Source: Halanaerobiales bacterium
GTDB taxonomy: Bacteria; Bacillota; Halanaerobiia; Halanaerobiales; M55B127
Reading direction: 5' to 3'
Length of the DNA stretch: 64,000 bases
Assembly: GCA_034521955.1 (NCBI GenBank)
Contig: JAXHLT010000003.1
Coordinates: 76,990-140,989 of the forward strand
In this document: positions 10,359 to 19,477 of the stretch, one piece after another
Position numbering within the stretch: position 1 is the first letter of the stretch
Layout of the letters: every line of letters begins with the position of its first letter
Program-made: the position numbers and the translations under genes
Notes under the pieces: generated by a model
What the model was told of the DNA's origin: nothing
Databases searched by the model: none
What the model saw: only the letters and a program-made list of their open reading frames with translations

Positions 10359-11352
10359 AGATGCTGGGGTAGATATAAAAAAAGGAGAAAAAGCTGTTGA
10401 TGAAATAAAGGATATAGTAAAATCCACCTATAATCCAAATGTGATTACTGAATTAGGCGGATTTGGAGGGATGTATGGACTCGATTTAAAAAAATATAAT
10501 GAACCGGTATTAGTTGCAGCAACAGATGGAGTAGGTACAAAACTAAAACTTGCATTTTTAACAGATAAACATGATACAATTGGAATTGATCTAGTGGCAA
10601 TGTGTGTTAATGACTTAGTTACCCTTGGAGCTAAACCCCTATTTTTCTTAGATTATCTAGCTACAGGAGAATTAAATATTGATCAATTCAAGAGCGTAGT
10701 TACAGGGATTGTAAAAGGTTGTAAGAAAGCTGGATGTGCACTTTTAGGTGGAGAAACAGCAGAAATGCCCGATTTTTATAAAAAAGGTGAATATGATACT
10801 GCAGGATTTGCTGTAGGAATTTTAGATAGATCTGATGTAATTGATGGTTCAAATATAAAAGAAGATGATGTTCTAATCGGTCTTAAGTCCAATGGAGTTC
10901 ATAGTAATGGATTTTCACTAGTAAGAAAACTTTTCATTAATCAGAACAATAATTCATATGATAAAGATATAGTTGAAGAACTATTACAACCTACAAGAAT
11001 TTATGTTAACTCAATATTGTCTCTAAAAGAAAATTTCAATATTAAAGGAATTGCACATATAACCGGTGGAGGTTTAAAAGAAAATATACCACGTATATTA
11101 CCTGATAACAAAACAGCATATATTGATACTAGTAGATTTGATACTCCCCAGATTTTTAATGAGATTCAAAAAAAAGGTGATATTACTTATGAAGAAATGT
11201 TTAGAACATTTAATATGGGGATCGGTATGGTTTTAGTTGTAGATAAAAACATCAAAAATGATGTAATAAATAAGCTCAATAGTTTAGGTGAAACTGCTTA
11301 TGAAATTGGAGTAATTAAGAAAGGTAAACAAGGCATAGTTTTGAAAGGATGA
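10342..11352 (+). CDS. purM: AIR synthetase
   Basis: ATG at 10342 follows GAGGTGG. The N-terminus is MGYSYKDAGVDI and the DGVGTK motif is present. The track start at 10264 lies inside purF. Confidence 0.93.
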   Translation: MGYSYKDAGVDIKKGEKAVDEIKDIVKSTYNPNVITELGGFGGMYGLDLKKYNEPVLVAATDGVGTKLKLAFLTDKHDTIGIDLVAMCVNDLVTLGAKPLFFLDYLATGELNIDQFKSVVTGIVKGCKKAGCALLGGETAEMPDFYKKGEYDTAGFAVGILDRSDVIDGSNIKEDDVLIGLKSNGVHSNGFSLVRKLFINQNNNSYDKDIVEELLQPTRIYVNSILSLKENFNIKGIAHITGGGLKENIPRILPDNKTAYIDTSRFDTPQIFNEIQKKGDITYEEMFRTFNMGIGMVLVVDKNIKNDVINKLNSLGETAYEIGVIKKGKQGIVLKG

Positions 11353-11356
11353 TCTA

Positions 11357-11965
11357 ATGTTCAAACTTGCAGTTTTAGCATCAGGTAGGGGAAGTAACTT
11401 ACAGTCTTTAATAGATAATTTACATTTAAAAAAAGACAATAGTATTGAGATCAAATGTGTAATTAGTAATAACAAAGACGCATATGCTCTAAAAAGAGCA
11501 CAGACAAATAAAATTCCATTTTATTTAGTAGATGATAATATGTATAATAATAGAAGAGAACATGAAGAACAGATAAAAAAGATTATTGATAGTTATGATA
11601 TAGATTTAATTGTACTGGCTGGTTATATGAAAGTATTATCATCAGATTTTGTTGACTATTTTAAAAATAAAATTATTAATATTCATCCTTCTTTATTACC
11701 TGCTTTTCCTGGTTTAGATGCCCAGAAACAGGCAGTTGATTATGGTGTAAAAATAAGTGGATGTACAGTACATTTTGTTGATAGAGGTGTTGATTCTGGG
11801 CCAATAATAAAACAAAAAGCAGTTTGTGTTAATCAAAATGATACTGAAGCCAGTTTGTCTAAAAAGATATTAAAAGAAGAACACAAACTATTACCAAAGG
11901 TAGTTAAACTTATCGCAGAGGATAAAATCATTATAAAAGATAGAAAGGTATTTTACAGGGAGTGA
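11357..11965 (+). CDS. purN: GAR formyltransferase
   Basis: Motifs LAVLASGRGSNLQ, NIHPSLLP and a formyl-transferase core are present. It is 202 aa. Confidence 0.9.
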   Translation: MFKLAVLASGRGSNLQSLIDNLHLKKDNSIEIKCVISNNKDAYALKRAQTNKIPFYLVDDNMYNNRREHEEQIKKIIDSYDIDLIVLAGYMKVLSSDFVDYFKNKIINIHPSLLPAFPGLDAQKQAVDYGVKISGCTVHFVDRGVDSGPIIKQKAVCVNQNDTEASLSKKILKEEHKLLPKVVKLIAEDKIIIKDRKVFYRE

Positions 11966-11969
11966 AAAT

Positions 11970-13538
11970 ATTGCGCAAAATATAAAAAGAGCTTTAATTA
12001 GTGTGTCTGATAAAAGTAATGTTGAAAACTTAGCAAAAGCTTTAGTAAAAAATAATATTGAAATAATATCTACAGGTGGAACTGCAAAAAAGATAAAAGA
12101 AAGTGGAACTGAGGTAACTAATATTTCTGAAGTTACTAATTTCCCAGAAATGATGGATGGTAGAGTAAAAACCTTACATCCTAATATTCATGGTGGAATA
12201 CTTGCAAGGAAAAACAAAAAAGAGGACCTTAATGAATTAGACAAACTAAATATAGATACAATTGATCTAGTAGTTTGTAACCTTTATCCATTTTTTGAAA
12301 CTATTGATAAAGATGATGTAACAATGGATACTGCCTTAGAAAACATTGATATAGGTGGTCCTACTATGATTAGAGCAGCTGCTAAAAACTTTCCAGATGT
12401 TTTAGTTGTTGTAGACCCTAATGATTATGATAAAATAATTAATTTAATAAATAAAAAAGAACCAATCAACTATGAGTTTAGAAAAAATATGGCCTATAAA
12501 GCCTTTAACCATACAGCAGAATATGATGCAGTAATCCAAAAGTATTTATTTGATAGTTTAGAAGAAAAAAATAAATTTCCCGATAAATTAATAACTCCAT
12601 ACTATAAAACAAACGATTTAAGATATGGTGAAAACCCTCACCAAGAGGCTAGCTTTTATAAGGAAAGAAAGTTAGAAGAGGCCAGTATAACTAATGCGGA
12701 AAAAATATCAGGTAAAAAATTATCTTTTAATAATATTAATGATACTGATGGAGCTATTGAATTAATTAAGGAGTTTAATGATATTCCTACAGCTGCAGTT
12801 ATTAAACATACTAACCCCTGTGGCTTAGCTTCTGCAGATAATATAGTAGATGCATTTAAGAATGCTTATTTAGGGGATCCATTATCAGCATTTGGTAGTA
12901 TAGTTGCTCTAAATAGAGAAGTTGATAAAAAGTTAGCTGAAGAGATTATTAGTGGAGATAAATTTATCGAAGTCATTACAGCTCCAAGTTATACTAAAGA
13001 TGCAGTTGAAATATTAAAAAACAGATGGGAATCATTAAGAATACTAAAAACTAATAAGTTAGAATTCAATAAAGAAAATCCCGGATATGATTTTAAAAAA
13101 GTAACCGGTGGACTACTTATGCAGGATAGAGACTTAAAAACAATAACAAAAGATGATTTAAAGTTAGTTACTGAAAAAAAAGCAGACCATAAGACAATAG
13201 ATGATTTACTATTTGCCTGGAAGGCAGTAAAGCATGTAAAGTCTAATGCAATTGTAATTGCCAAAGAAAAAATGTTAGTTGGAGTGGGAGCAGGACAAAT
13301 GAGTAGGGTAGATTCAATGATTATAGCAGGAAGAAAAGCGGATGGTAGAAATAAAGATGCTGTGGTTGCTTCAGATGCTTTCTTTCCTTTTCCAGATGCA
13401 ATAGAAAAGGCTTCTGAGTTGGGTATTAAAGCAATCATACAACCCGGTGGTTCTATAAGAGATAATGAGGTAATAGAACAAGCAAATCAGTTAGGCATAT
13501 CAATGTACTTTACAAATGTGAGGCATTTCTGTCATTAA
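11970..13538 (+). CDS. purH: Bifunctional AICAR formyltransferase / IMP cyclohydrolase; probable ATT start
   Basis: The reading frame is open from 11970 and encodes I-AQNIKRALISVSDKSN. The conserved KRALISVSDK lies upstream of the first canonical start (GTG 12003). GGGAG (11958-11962) sits 7 nt before ATT 11970. The body of the gene is unambiguous; the start is an inference. Confidence 0.85.
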   Translation: MAQNIKRALISVSDKSNVENLAKALVKNNIEIISTGGTAKKIKESGTEVTNISEVTNFPEMMDGRVKTLHPNIHGGILARKNKKEDLNELDKLNIDTIDLVVCNLYPFFETIDKDDVTMDTALENIDIGGPTMIRAAAKNFPDVLVVVDPNDYDKIINLINKKEPINYEFRKNMAYKAFNHTAEYDAVIQKYLFDSLEEKNKFPDKLITPYYKTNDLRYGENPHQEASFYKERKLEEASITNAEKISGKKLSFNNINDTDGAIELIKEFNDIPTAAVIKHTNPCGLASADNIVDAFKNAYLGDPLSAFGSIVALNREVDKKLAEEIISGDKFIEVITAPSYTKDAVEILKNRWESLRILKTNKLEFNKENPGYDFKKVTGGLLMQDRDLKTITKDDLKLVTEKKADHKTIDDLLFAWKAVKHVKSNAIVIAKEKMLVGVGAGQMSRVDSMIIAGRKADGRNKDAVVASDAFFPFPDAIEKASELGIKAIIQPGGSIRDNEVIEQANQLGISMYFTNVRHFCH

Positions 13539-13604
13539 GGCAGGAAATATATACATACTCACGAATATATATTAATATATAATATCGAAGTGAGGATGAT
13601 TCAC

Positions 13605-14843
13605 ATGAAAACAAAAACTGTAGCTATTCTTGGTGCAGGTAACAGAGGTATGGATGTTTATGGTGAACTGATAAAAGAAAGAGATGACTTACAAGTAGTA
13701 GCAGTAGCTGAAAAAGACAAAATTAGAAGAGAAAAATTTGCAAAAAAACATAGTATTCCTCCCATTAAACAATTTAAGAACTGGGAGGATTTATTAATTG
13801 AAGATAAATTAGCAGATGGAATAATAATTTCAACCGGTGACAAACAGCACTTTGAACCATTAATTAAATCACTTAAAAAAGGTTATAAAGTGCTTTGTGA
13901 GAAGCCAATAACCGATAGCTTTGAAAACTTAACTGCTTTATATAATGATTATAAAGATTATTCAAACAATGTTATGGTTTCACATGTTTTAAGATATACT
14001 CCTTTCTTTAGAAAAATAAAAGAAATAATTACAAGTGAAGAGATTGGTAGTGTAAGATTTGTTAGTTTAATTGAGAATATTGGATTCTTTCATTTTGCTC
14101 ATAGTTATGTTAGAGGCAACTGGCGGAATAAAGAAGTAGGAGCACCAATTATATTAGCTAAAAGCTGTCATGATTTAGATATATTATATTGGTTATTTGA
14201 AAGTCCCTACTTAAAAGTTTATTCTGATACCTCAGAAAAATATTTTAATGAAAAAAATATTTTAAATGGTGCAGGTGAAAGGTGTCTTGCCTGTAAGGTA
14301 GAAGAAGATTGTCCCTATTCTGCAAAGAAAATATATTTAAATACTGAAGATGGTTGGCCGGTCTCCACTATAACAGAAGATCTCAGTCATAAAGGTAGGA
14401 TAGAAGCCCTAAATAATACAAGATATGGCAGATGTGTTTATAGAAGTGATAATGACCAACATGATGTTCAATCTTTGTTACTTAAATTTAAAAATGGGAT
14501 AAATGTACATTTTTCATTACATGCCTTTAGTAAGGAGATGACTAGAAAAATACATATCAATGGTTCTCATGGAGAAATTGAAGGTGATTTAGATCAGGGC
14601 ATTATAGAAGTGAAACCCTTTTTAAAAGAAAACAAAAAAATAGAAGTCGATTTCAAAGGTGGCCATGCCGGTGGTGATGAAAAATTAATTGAATCTTTTG
14701 CTGATTTTCTTTTTAACAGATCAAAAAACAGGACAAATCTAATAACATCGTTGGAAAGTCATTTTGCTGCTCTAGCAGCAGAACAATCAAGGAAAGAAGA
14801 TAAAGCAATATATTTAGATCAGTTTAGGAGGAGAAGTAATTGA
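13605..14843 (+). CDS. Gfo/Idh/MocA-family NAD(P)-dependent oxidoreductase with a Cys-rich insert
   Basis: The Rossmann N-terminus is VAILGAGNRG, followed by the family EKP motif (VLCEKP). A C-x2-C-x5-C-P motif (RCLACKVEEDCP) and a later RCVY are present. ATG at 13605 follows GTGAGGATG. Confidence 0.75.
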   Translation: MKTKTVAILGAGNRGMDVYGELIKERDDLQVVAVAEKDKIRREKFAKKHSIPPIKQFKNWEDLLIEDKLADGIIISTGDKQHFEPLIKSLKKGYKVLCEKPITDSFENLTALYNDYKDYSNNVMVSHVLRYTPFFRKIKEIITSEEIGSVRFVSLIENIGFFHFAHSYVRGNWRNKEVGAPIILAKSCHDLDILYWLFESPYLKVYSDTSEKYFNEKNILNGAGERCLACKVEEDCPYSAKKIYLNTEDGWPVSTITEDLSHKGRIEALNNTRYGRCVYRSDNDQHDVQSLLLKFKNGINVHFSLHAFSKEMTRKIHINGSHGEIEGDLDQGIIEVKPFLKENKKIEVDFKGGHAGGDEKLIESFADFLFNRSKNRTNLITSLESHFAALAAEQSRKEDKAIYLDQFRRRSN

Positions 14844-15544
14844 ATAAGATTGGAATTTTAGGTGGAATGGGTTGGCATTCTACTTCAATATATTATAATA
14901 AAATAAATAGTTATATAAATAAAAAGAATAAAAAGAAAGTTACACCTGAAATAATAATATACTCTGTTAACTTTAAAAATATTTTAAAGTATCAAAATGA
15001 AGAAAATTGGGATAAGATCGCAAAAATATTGATTCCTAAAGCTGTTCTGATTGAAAAAATGGGAGCAGATTTTTTGGTTATCACTTCCAACACAGCACAT
15101 AAAATAGTTGATGAGATACAAGATAGTATTTCTATTCCTATCGTAAGTATAGTTGATGTTGTAGGAAAAGAACTTAAAAACAGCTGGTGTAAAAAATCAG
15201 GTTTGCTTGCAACTAAGTATTTGATTAACGATGGTTTTTATCAAAAAACACTTGAAGATGATTATAATCAAAAGATTGTGTTGCCATCATCTAGTGAAAT
15301 TGAAGAATTAAATAGCATTATAGTAAATGAGTTAGTCAATAATCAAATAAATATGAGTTCAAAGTTTTATATAAACAGTATAATAGATAATTTATTATAT
15401 AAAGATATTGATTCTTTGATTTTAGGTTGTACAGAGTTAGGATCAATTGTTGGTAATATTCCTTCTGAAGATATAAAAATTATAAACAGTTTAGAACTTC
15501 ATATTCAGGAGATTGTTAATTTAGTATTCAGAAAAAATTTGTAA
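14840..15544 (+). CDS. Asp/Glu/hydantoin racemase family protein (YgeA-like)
   Basis: Motifs GILGGMG, VITSNTAH (Ser83 where the first catalytic Cys normally sits) and LILGCTELG (Cys197) are present. The TTG start overlaps the upstream stop. Confidence 0.75.
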   Translation: MNKIGILGGMGWHSTSIYYNKINSYINKKNKKKVTPEIIIYSVNFKNILKYQNEENWDKIAKILIPKAVLIEKMGADFLVITSNTAHKIVDEIQDSISIPIVSIVDVVGKELKNSWCKKSGLLATKYLINDGFYQKTLEDDYNQKIVLPSSSEIEELNSIIVNELVNNQINMSSKFYINSIIDNLLYKDIDSLILGCTELGSIVGNIPSEDIKIINSLELHIQEIVNLVFRKNL

Positions 15545-15611
15545 ATGATAATAATATCATATAAACTATAAAAAAAAGAAAATTACTTTAAGAAGTTGAA
15601 AGGAGTATTAA

Positions 15612-16619
15612 ATGCAGTTTTTGGAAGATAGATCAGCAAACAATAAAAAATTAATATTAATATTTATAATTACTATCGTTATAATGTTTATTTCATTATT
15701 TATAGGAAGATATAACATTCCTATAACTAAGTTTTTTAATGGATTTAATTTAAATGATATGGACAAATCTGTTTTTTATCATATTAGATTACCTCGAGTG
15801 CTATTGGTAATGGGAGTTGGAGCTGCTCTATCAGTAGCTGGTGCAAGTTATCAAAGTACTTTTAGAAATCCACTTGTATCACCAGATATTTTAGGAGTAT
15901 CAGCTGGTGCTAGTTTTGGTGCCGCATTAGGCATGATCTTATCTTTTCAATCATTATCATCTATATATATTTTAGCTTTTGTATTTGGTATAATAGCTGT
16001 GTTTTTAACTTATTTTATTTCAAAATTAGGTAAAACTAATATGATAATGATGATGGTCTTATCTGGAATAGTAGTTAGTTCTTTATTTAATGCTTTTATT
16101 TCAATTTTAAAGTATATGGCCGACCCTTATGAAAAATTACCTGGAATTGTTTTTTGGTTGATGGGTGGTTTTAGTAGAACTGGTTGGGATGAACTTCTAT
16201 TTGCAGCCCCATTTATAGTTTTAGGAATTATAGTAATATTATTAATTCGCTGGCATTTAAATGTAATGTCAATGGGAGAAGAAGAAGCTATATCGATGGG
16301 AATAAATGTTAAAGTTATTAGAAGTGTTATGATATTATTTAGCACTTTAATGGTATCGGCATCAGTAGCGACTGTTGGTCAGGTTAGTTGGGTTGGATTA
16401 GTAGTTCCTCATATTTCCAGATTTATTGTTGGAGCAGATCACAGATATATGGTACCTGCTTCAGGTTTATTAGGAGCAAGTTTTTTACTACTAATGGATG
16501 ATATTGCCCGAAGTTTAACTGGAGCAGAGATACCAATTAGTATTATTACTGCATTATTAGGTGCTCCATTTTTCGCATACTTATTAATTTCACAAAAAAA
16601 CAGTGGTTGGAATCGTTAA
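15612..16619 (+). CDS. FecCD/BtuC-family ABC importer permease (iron-siderophore / cobalamin / heme type)
   Basis: This 335-aa polytopic protein has RLPRVL and a C-terminal GAPFFAYLL, as in the FecCD family. No ATPase or binding-protein gene is adjacent. Confidence 0.8.
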   Translation: MQFLEDRSANNKKLILIFIITIVIMFISLFIGRYNIPITKFFNGFNLNDMDKSVFYHIRLPRVLLVMGVGAALSVAGASYQSTFRNPLVSPDILGVSAGASFGAALGMILSFQSLSSIYILAFVFGIIAVFLTYFISKLGKTNMIMMMVLSGIVVSSLFNAFISILKYMADPYEKLPGIVFWLMGGFSRTGWDELLFAAPFIVLGIIVILLIRWHLNVMSMGEEEAISMGINVKVIRSVMILFSTLMVSASVATVGQVSWVGLVVPHISRFIVGADHRYMVPASGLLGASFLLLMDDIARSLTGAEIPISIITALLGAPFFAYLLISQKNSGWNR

Positions 16620-16631
16620 ACAAATGAAAGG

Positions 16632-17114
16632 GTGAAAGTTTTGGTTAAGGTTGCATTACTCACTATAAAAGATAGTTATTACAAAGAGGGTTTTAATGAA
16701 CAAAATAGAAAATTAGTTAGAAATTTAGCTACAAGTATTAAAGGAGAGAAAGTATATTTTAAATCAATAGATAATAAATATGAAAAGGTAAAAGAAGAGC
16801 TGTTTGAACTGAGTGTTACTAGACAGGCAGATTTAATATTAACAAGTGGTGGGGCAGGTCTATCACCAAAAGACTTGGTTCCAGAAGCAACTCAAGATGT
16901 TATGGAAAAAGAAGTTCCGGGTATACCGGAAAAGATGAGAAGAGTTGTGTCTGAACATGCTCCAAAAGCTTGTATCTTTAGGGGAAAAGCAGGAATTAAT
17001 AAAGAAACCCTTATTATTAATCTGCCATCAGATCCTAAATTAGTTAAAAATTGTTTAGATTCTATTAAAGAAGTAATTCCAGAAGCTATAAAGATGTTGA
17101 AAAGAAAAAATTAA
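16632..17114 (+). CDS. MogA/MoaB-like (MoCF biosynthesis domain) protein
   Basis: It is 160 aa with a GTG start. The motif LTSGGAGLSPKDLVPEAT resembles the MogA/MoaB TGGTG-x-RD-x-TPEA motif. Confidence 0.6.
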   Translation: MKVLVKVALLTIKDSYYKEGFNEQNRKLVRNLATSIKGEKVYFKSIDNKYEKVKEELFELSVTRQADLILTSGGAGLSPKDLVPEATQDVMEKEVPGIPEKMRRVVSEHAPKACIFRGKAGINKETLIINLPSDPKLVKNCLDSIKEVIPEAIKMLKRKN

Positions 17115-17131
17115 TTAAGGGGGCGTTTTCA

Positions 17132-19465
17132 TTGTTAACTTACCACAGACTAAAAAGTGAAAAACCGCCATTATATGAATATCAGCCTTGGAAAATAACA
17201 GAGGAAGAATTTATAATAAAAAACAACCATCACAATGAAACTATTTTTTCTATAGGTAATGGTTATATGGGACTAAGGGGAACTTTTGAAGAAGATATTG
17301 AAGATCCATTATTAGAGACAACTCCCGGATTTTATATAAATGGCATTTATGAAAACGAAGAAATTATTTATGGTGAGTTTGCTCCAAAACAACCCCAAGA
17401 GTATCAATCTATGATAAATCTGATGGACTGGAAGTCAATTAATATCTATGTAGATGATGAAAGGTTTGATTTATCAAAAAGCAAAATTTTAGATTATAAA
17501 AGAGAATTGGACTTTAAAAAAGGAATATTAAAAAGAAATGTAACATGGGAAAACAGCAAGGGAAAAAAAGTTGAAATAGAAATAAAAAGACTGATTTCTT
17601 TTAAACATAAGCATGTTGGAGCTATTAATTATAAAGTGAGTGCTCTTAACTTTGCTGGAAAAGTCAAAGTAATCAGTACTTTAAATGGTGATGTAAAAAA
17701 TCATCATCATTTAAGTAACAAAAAGGCTTTGAACATAGAAAATATGGAAATAAAAAAGGACTATTTAAATTTGTTGATGGAAACTAATAATTCTAATATA
17801 TCAATTGGAAGTAAAGTATATAATGAAGTTAATGGTATTGATAGTTCATCTTTATTTAAAACTGAAGAGTTTAAAAAAGACAGAGTCCAGCAAATATTTG
17901 TTGTAGACCTAAAAAAAGATGAATCATTTGTATTAAATAAATTTGCTTCATTTTATACTTCAAGGGATATTGATAAAAATGAAATATTAAAAAAATGTAA
18001 AGAAGATATAGATTTTGTGATTAATAAGGGTTTTGAATATCTTGAAAGTTCACAAAAGGAGTACTTAGATAATTATTGGAAGTTTTCAGATGTCAAAATA
18101 GAAGGGGATATGTCATTACAGCAGGCTTTTAGATTTAATGCTTTTCAGATCTTACAGTCTACTGGAACAGATGGCAAAACAAATGTTGCTGCTAAAGGTC
18201 TGACTGGTGAATACTATGAAGGACATTACTTTTGGGATACAGAAACCTATATAATACCATTTTTTATATATAGTCATCCCGAAATAGCAAAACAACTCTT
18301 AAGTTACAGATATAAAATATTAGATGAAGCGCGTGAAAATGCCAAGCGAATGCGATTAGATGGGGCGCTATTCCCCTGGAGAACAATAAATGGGAAAGAA
18401 GCTTCAGGTAACTTCTTAGGGTCAACAGTTCAGTATCATATAAATGCTGATATTGCTTATGCGATTTATAACTATGTGAATGCAACCCAGGATAAGGAAT
18501 TTTTATATAAAAAAGGTGCTGAAATCTTATTTGAAACAGCTAGAATGTGGATTAGCTTAGGCCATTTTGAAAAAATGAAAAACAACAAATTTTGTATAAA
18601 TGAAGCATGTGGTCCAGATGAATATAAACCTGGTGCCAATAATAACTGTTATACTAATTACATGGCAAAGTTTAATTTAGAGTTTGCAGCAGATGTATAT
18701 AATGAACTAAAAGAAAAAAATCCTGATAGACTGAAAGAAATCAAATACATTATTAATCTTTATGATGATGAGGCAGAAGAGTGGATGAATGCAGCAGATA
18801 ATATGTATCTTCCATATAATGATGAATTAGGAATAAATCCACAGGATGATTCATTTATCTATAAAGAAGATATAGATATTGAATCAATACCTATTGATGA
18901 ACTGCCTTTAGTTAAAAACTGGCACCCCCTAACTATATGGAGGTATAAATTAATAAAACAGGCTGATGTAATACTATTAATGTTATTTATGGGAAATCAG
19001 TTTAGTACTGAACAAAAGAGAAGAAATTATGATTACTATGAGCCGAAAACAACTCATGATTCCTCACTATCACCATCTATATACAGTATAATAGCTTCTG
19101 AAATTGGCTACCATAATGATGCTTATAATTACTTTTTGCATACTGCAAGGTTAGATTTAGATGACTATAACGAAAATGCATATCAGGGTTTACACACTGC
19201 TGCTATGGGAAGTAATTGGATGGTATTAGTTCAGGGTTTTGCAGGAATGCGAAATTATGATGATCTTTTAATATTTAGACCATATTTGCCTAAACAATGG
19301 AAAGGATATGAGTTTAAAATAAAATACCGAGGTTCATTACTTAATGTTCATGTTAAAAAGGACTATACAGAATACACATTAGTTGAAGGAAATAAAATAA
19401 ACTTTAAACATAAAACAACAGAGATTACTCTTGATCAAAACAATGATTATGTTAAAGTAAGTTAG
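17132..19465 (+). CDS. Glycoside hydrolase family 65 alpha-glucoside phosphorylase (maltose/kojibiose/trehalose/glucosylglycerol type)
   Basis: It is 777 aa with HYFWDTETYIIPFF and GPDEY (the catalytic Glu region). Substrate cannot be assigned from sequence alone. Confidence 0.85.
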   Translation: MLTYHRLKSEKPPLYEYQPWKITEEEFIIKNNHHNETIFSIGNGYMGLRGTFEEDIEDPLLETTPGFYINGIYENEEIIYGEFAPKQPQEYQSMINLMDWKSINIYVDDERFDLSKSKILDYKRELDFKKGILKRNVTWENSKGKKVEIEIKRLISFKHKHVGAINYKVSALNFAGKVKVISTLNGDVKNHHHLSNKKALNIENMEIKKDYLNLLMETNNSNISIGSKVYNEVNGIDSSSLFKTEEFKKDRVQQIFVVDLKKDESFVLNKFASFYTSRDIDKNEILKKCKEDIDFVINKGFEYLESSQKEYLDNYWKFSDVKIEGDMSLQQAFRFNAFQILQSTGTDGKTNVAAKGLTGEYYEGHYFWDTETYIIPFFIYSHPEIAKQLLSYRYKILDEARENAKRMRLDGALFPWRTINGKEASGNFLGSTVQYHINADIAYAIYNYVNATQDKEFLYKKGAEILFETARMWISLGHFEKMKNNKFCINEACGPDEYKPGANNNCYTNYMAKFNLEFAADVYNELKEKNPDRLKEIKYIINLYDDEAEEWMNAADNMYLPYNDELGINPQDDSFIYKEDIDIESIPIDELPLVKNWHPLTIWRYKLIKQADVILLMLFMGNQFSTEQKRRNYDYYEPKTTHDSSLSPSIYSIIASEIGYHNDAYNYFLHTARLDLDDYNENAYQGLHTAAMGSNWMVLVQGFAGMRNYDDLLIFRPYLPKQWKGYEFKIKYRGSLLNVHVKKDYTEYTLVEGNKINFKHKTTEITLDQNNDYVKVS

Positions 19466-19477
19466 GAGTATTTATAA

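Noticed and set aside
12989-13438. A 149-aa ORF antisense to purH.
   Set aside because: It lies entirely within a strongly conserved gene, has low-complexity Ser/Phe/Leu-rich content, and has no SD or promoter. It is a typical shadow ORF.
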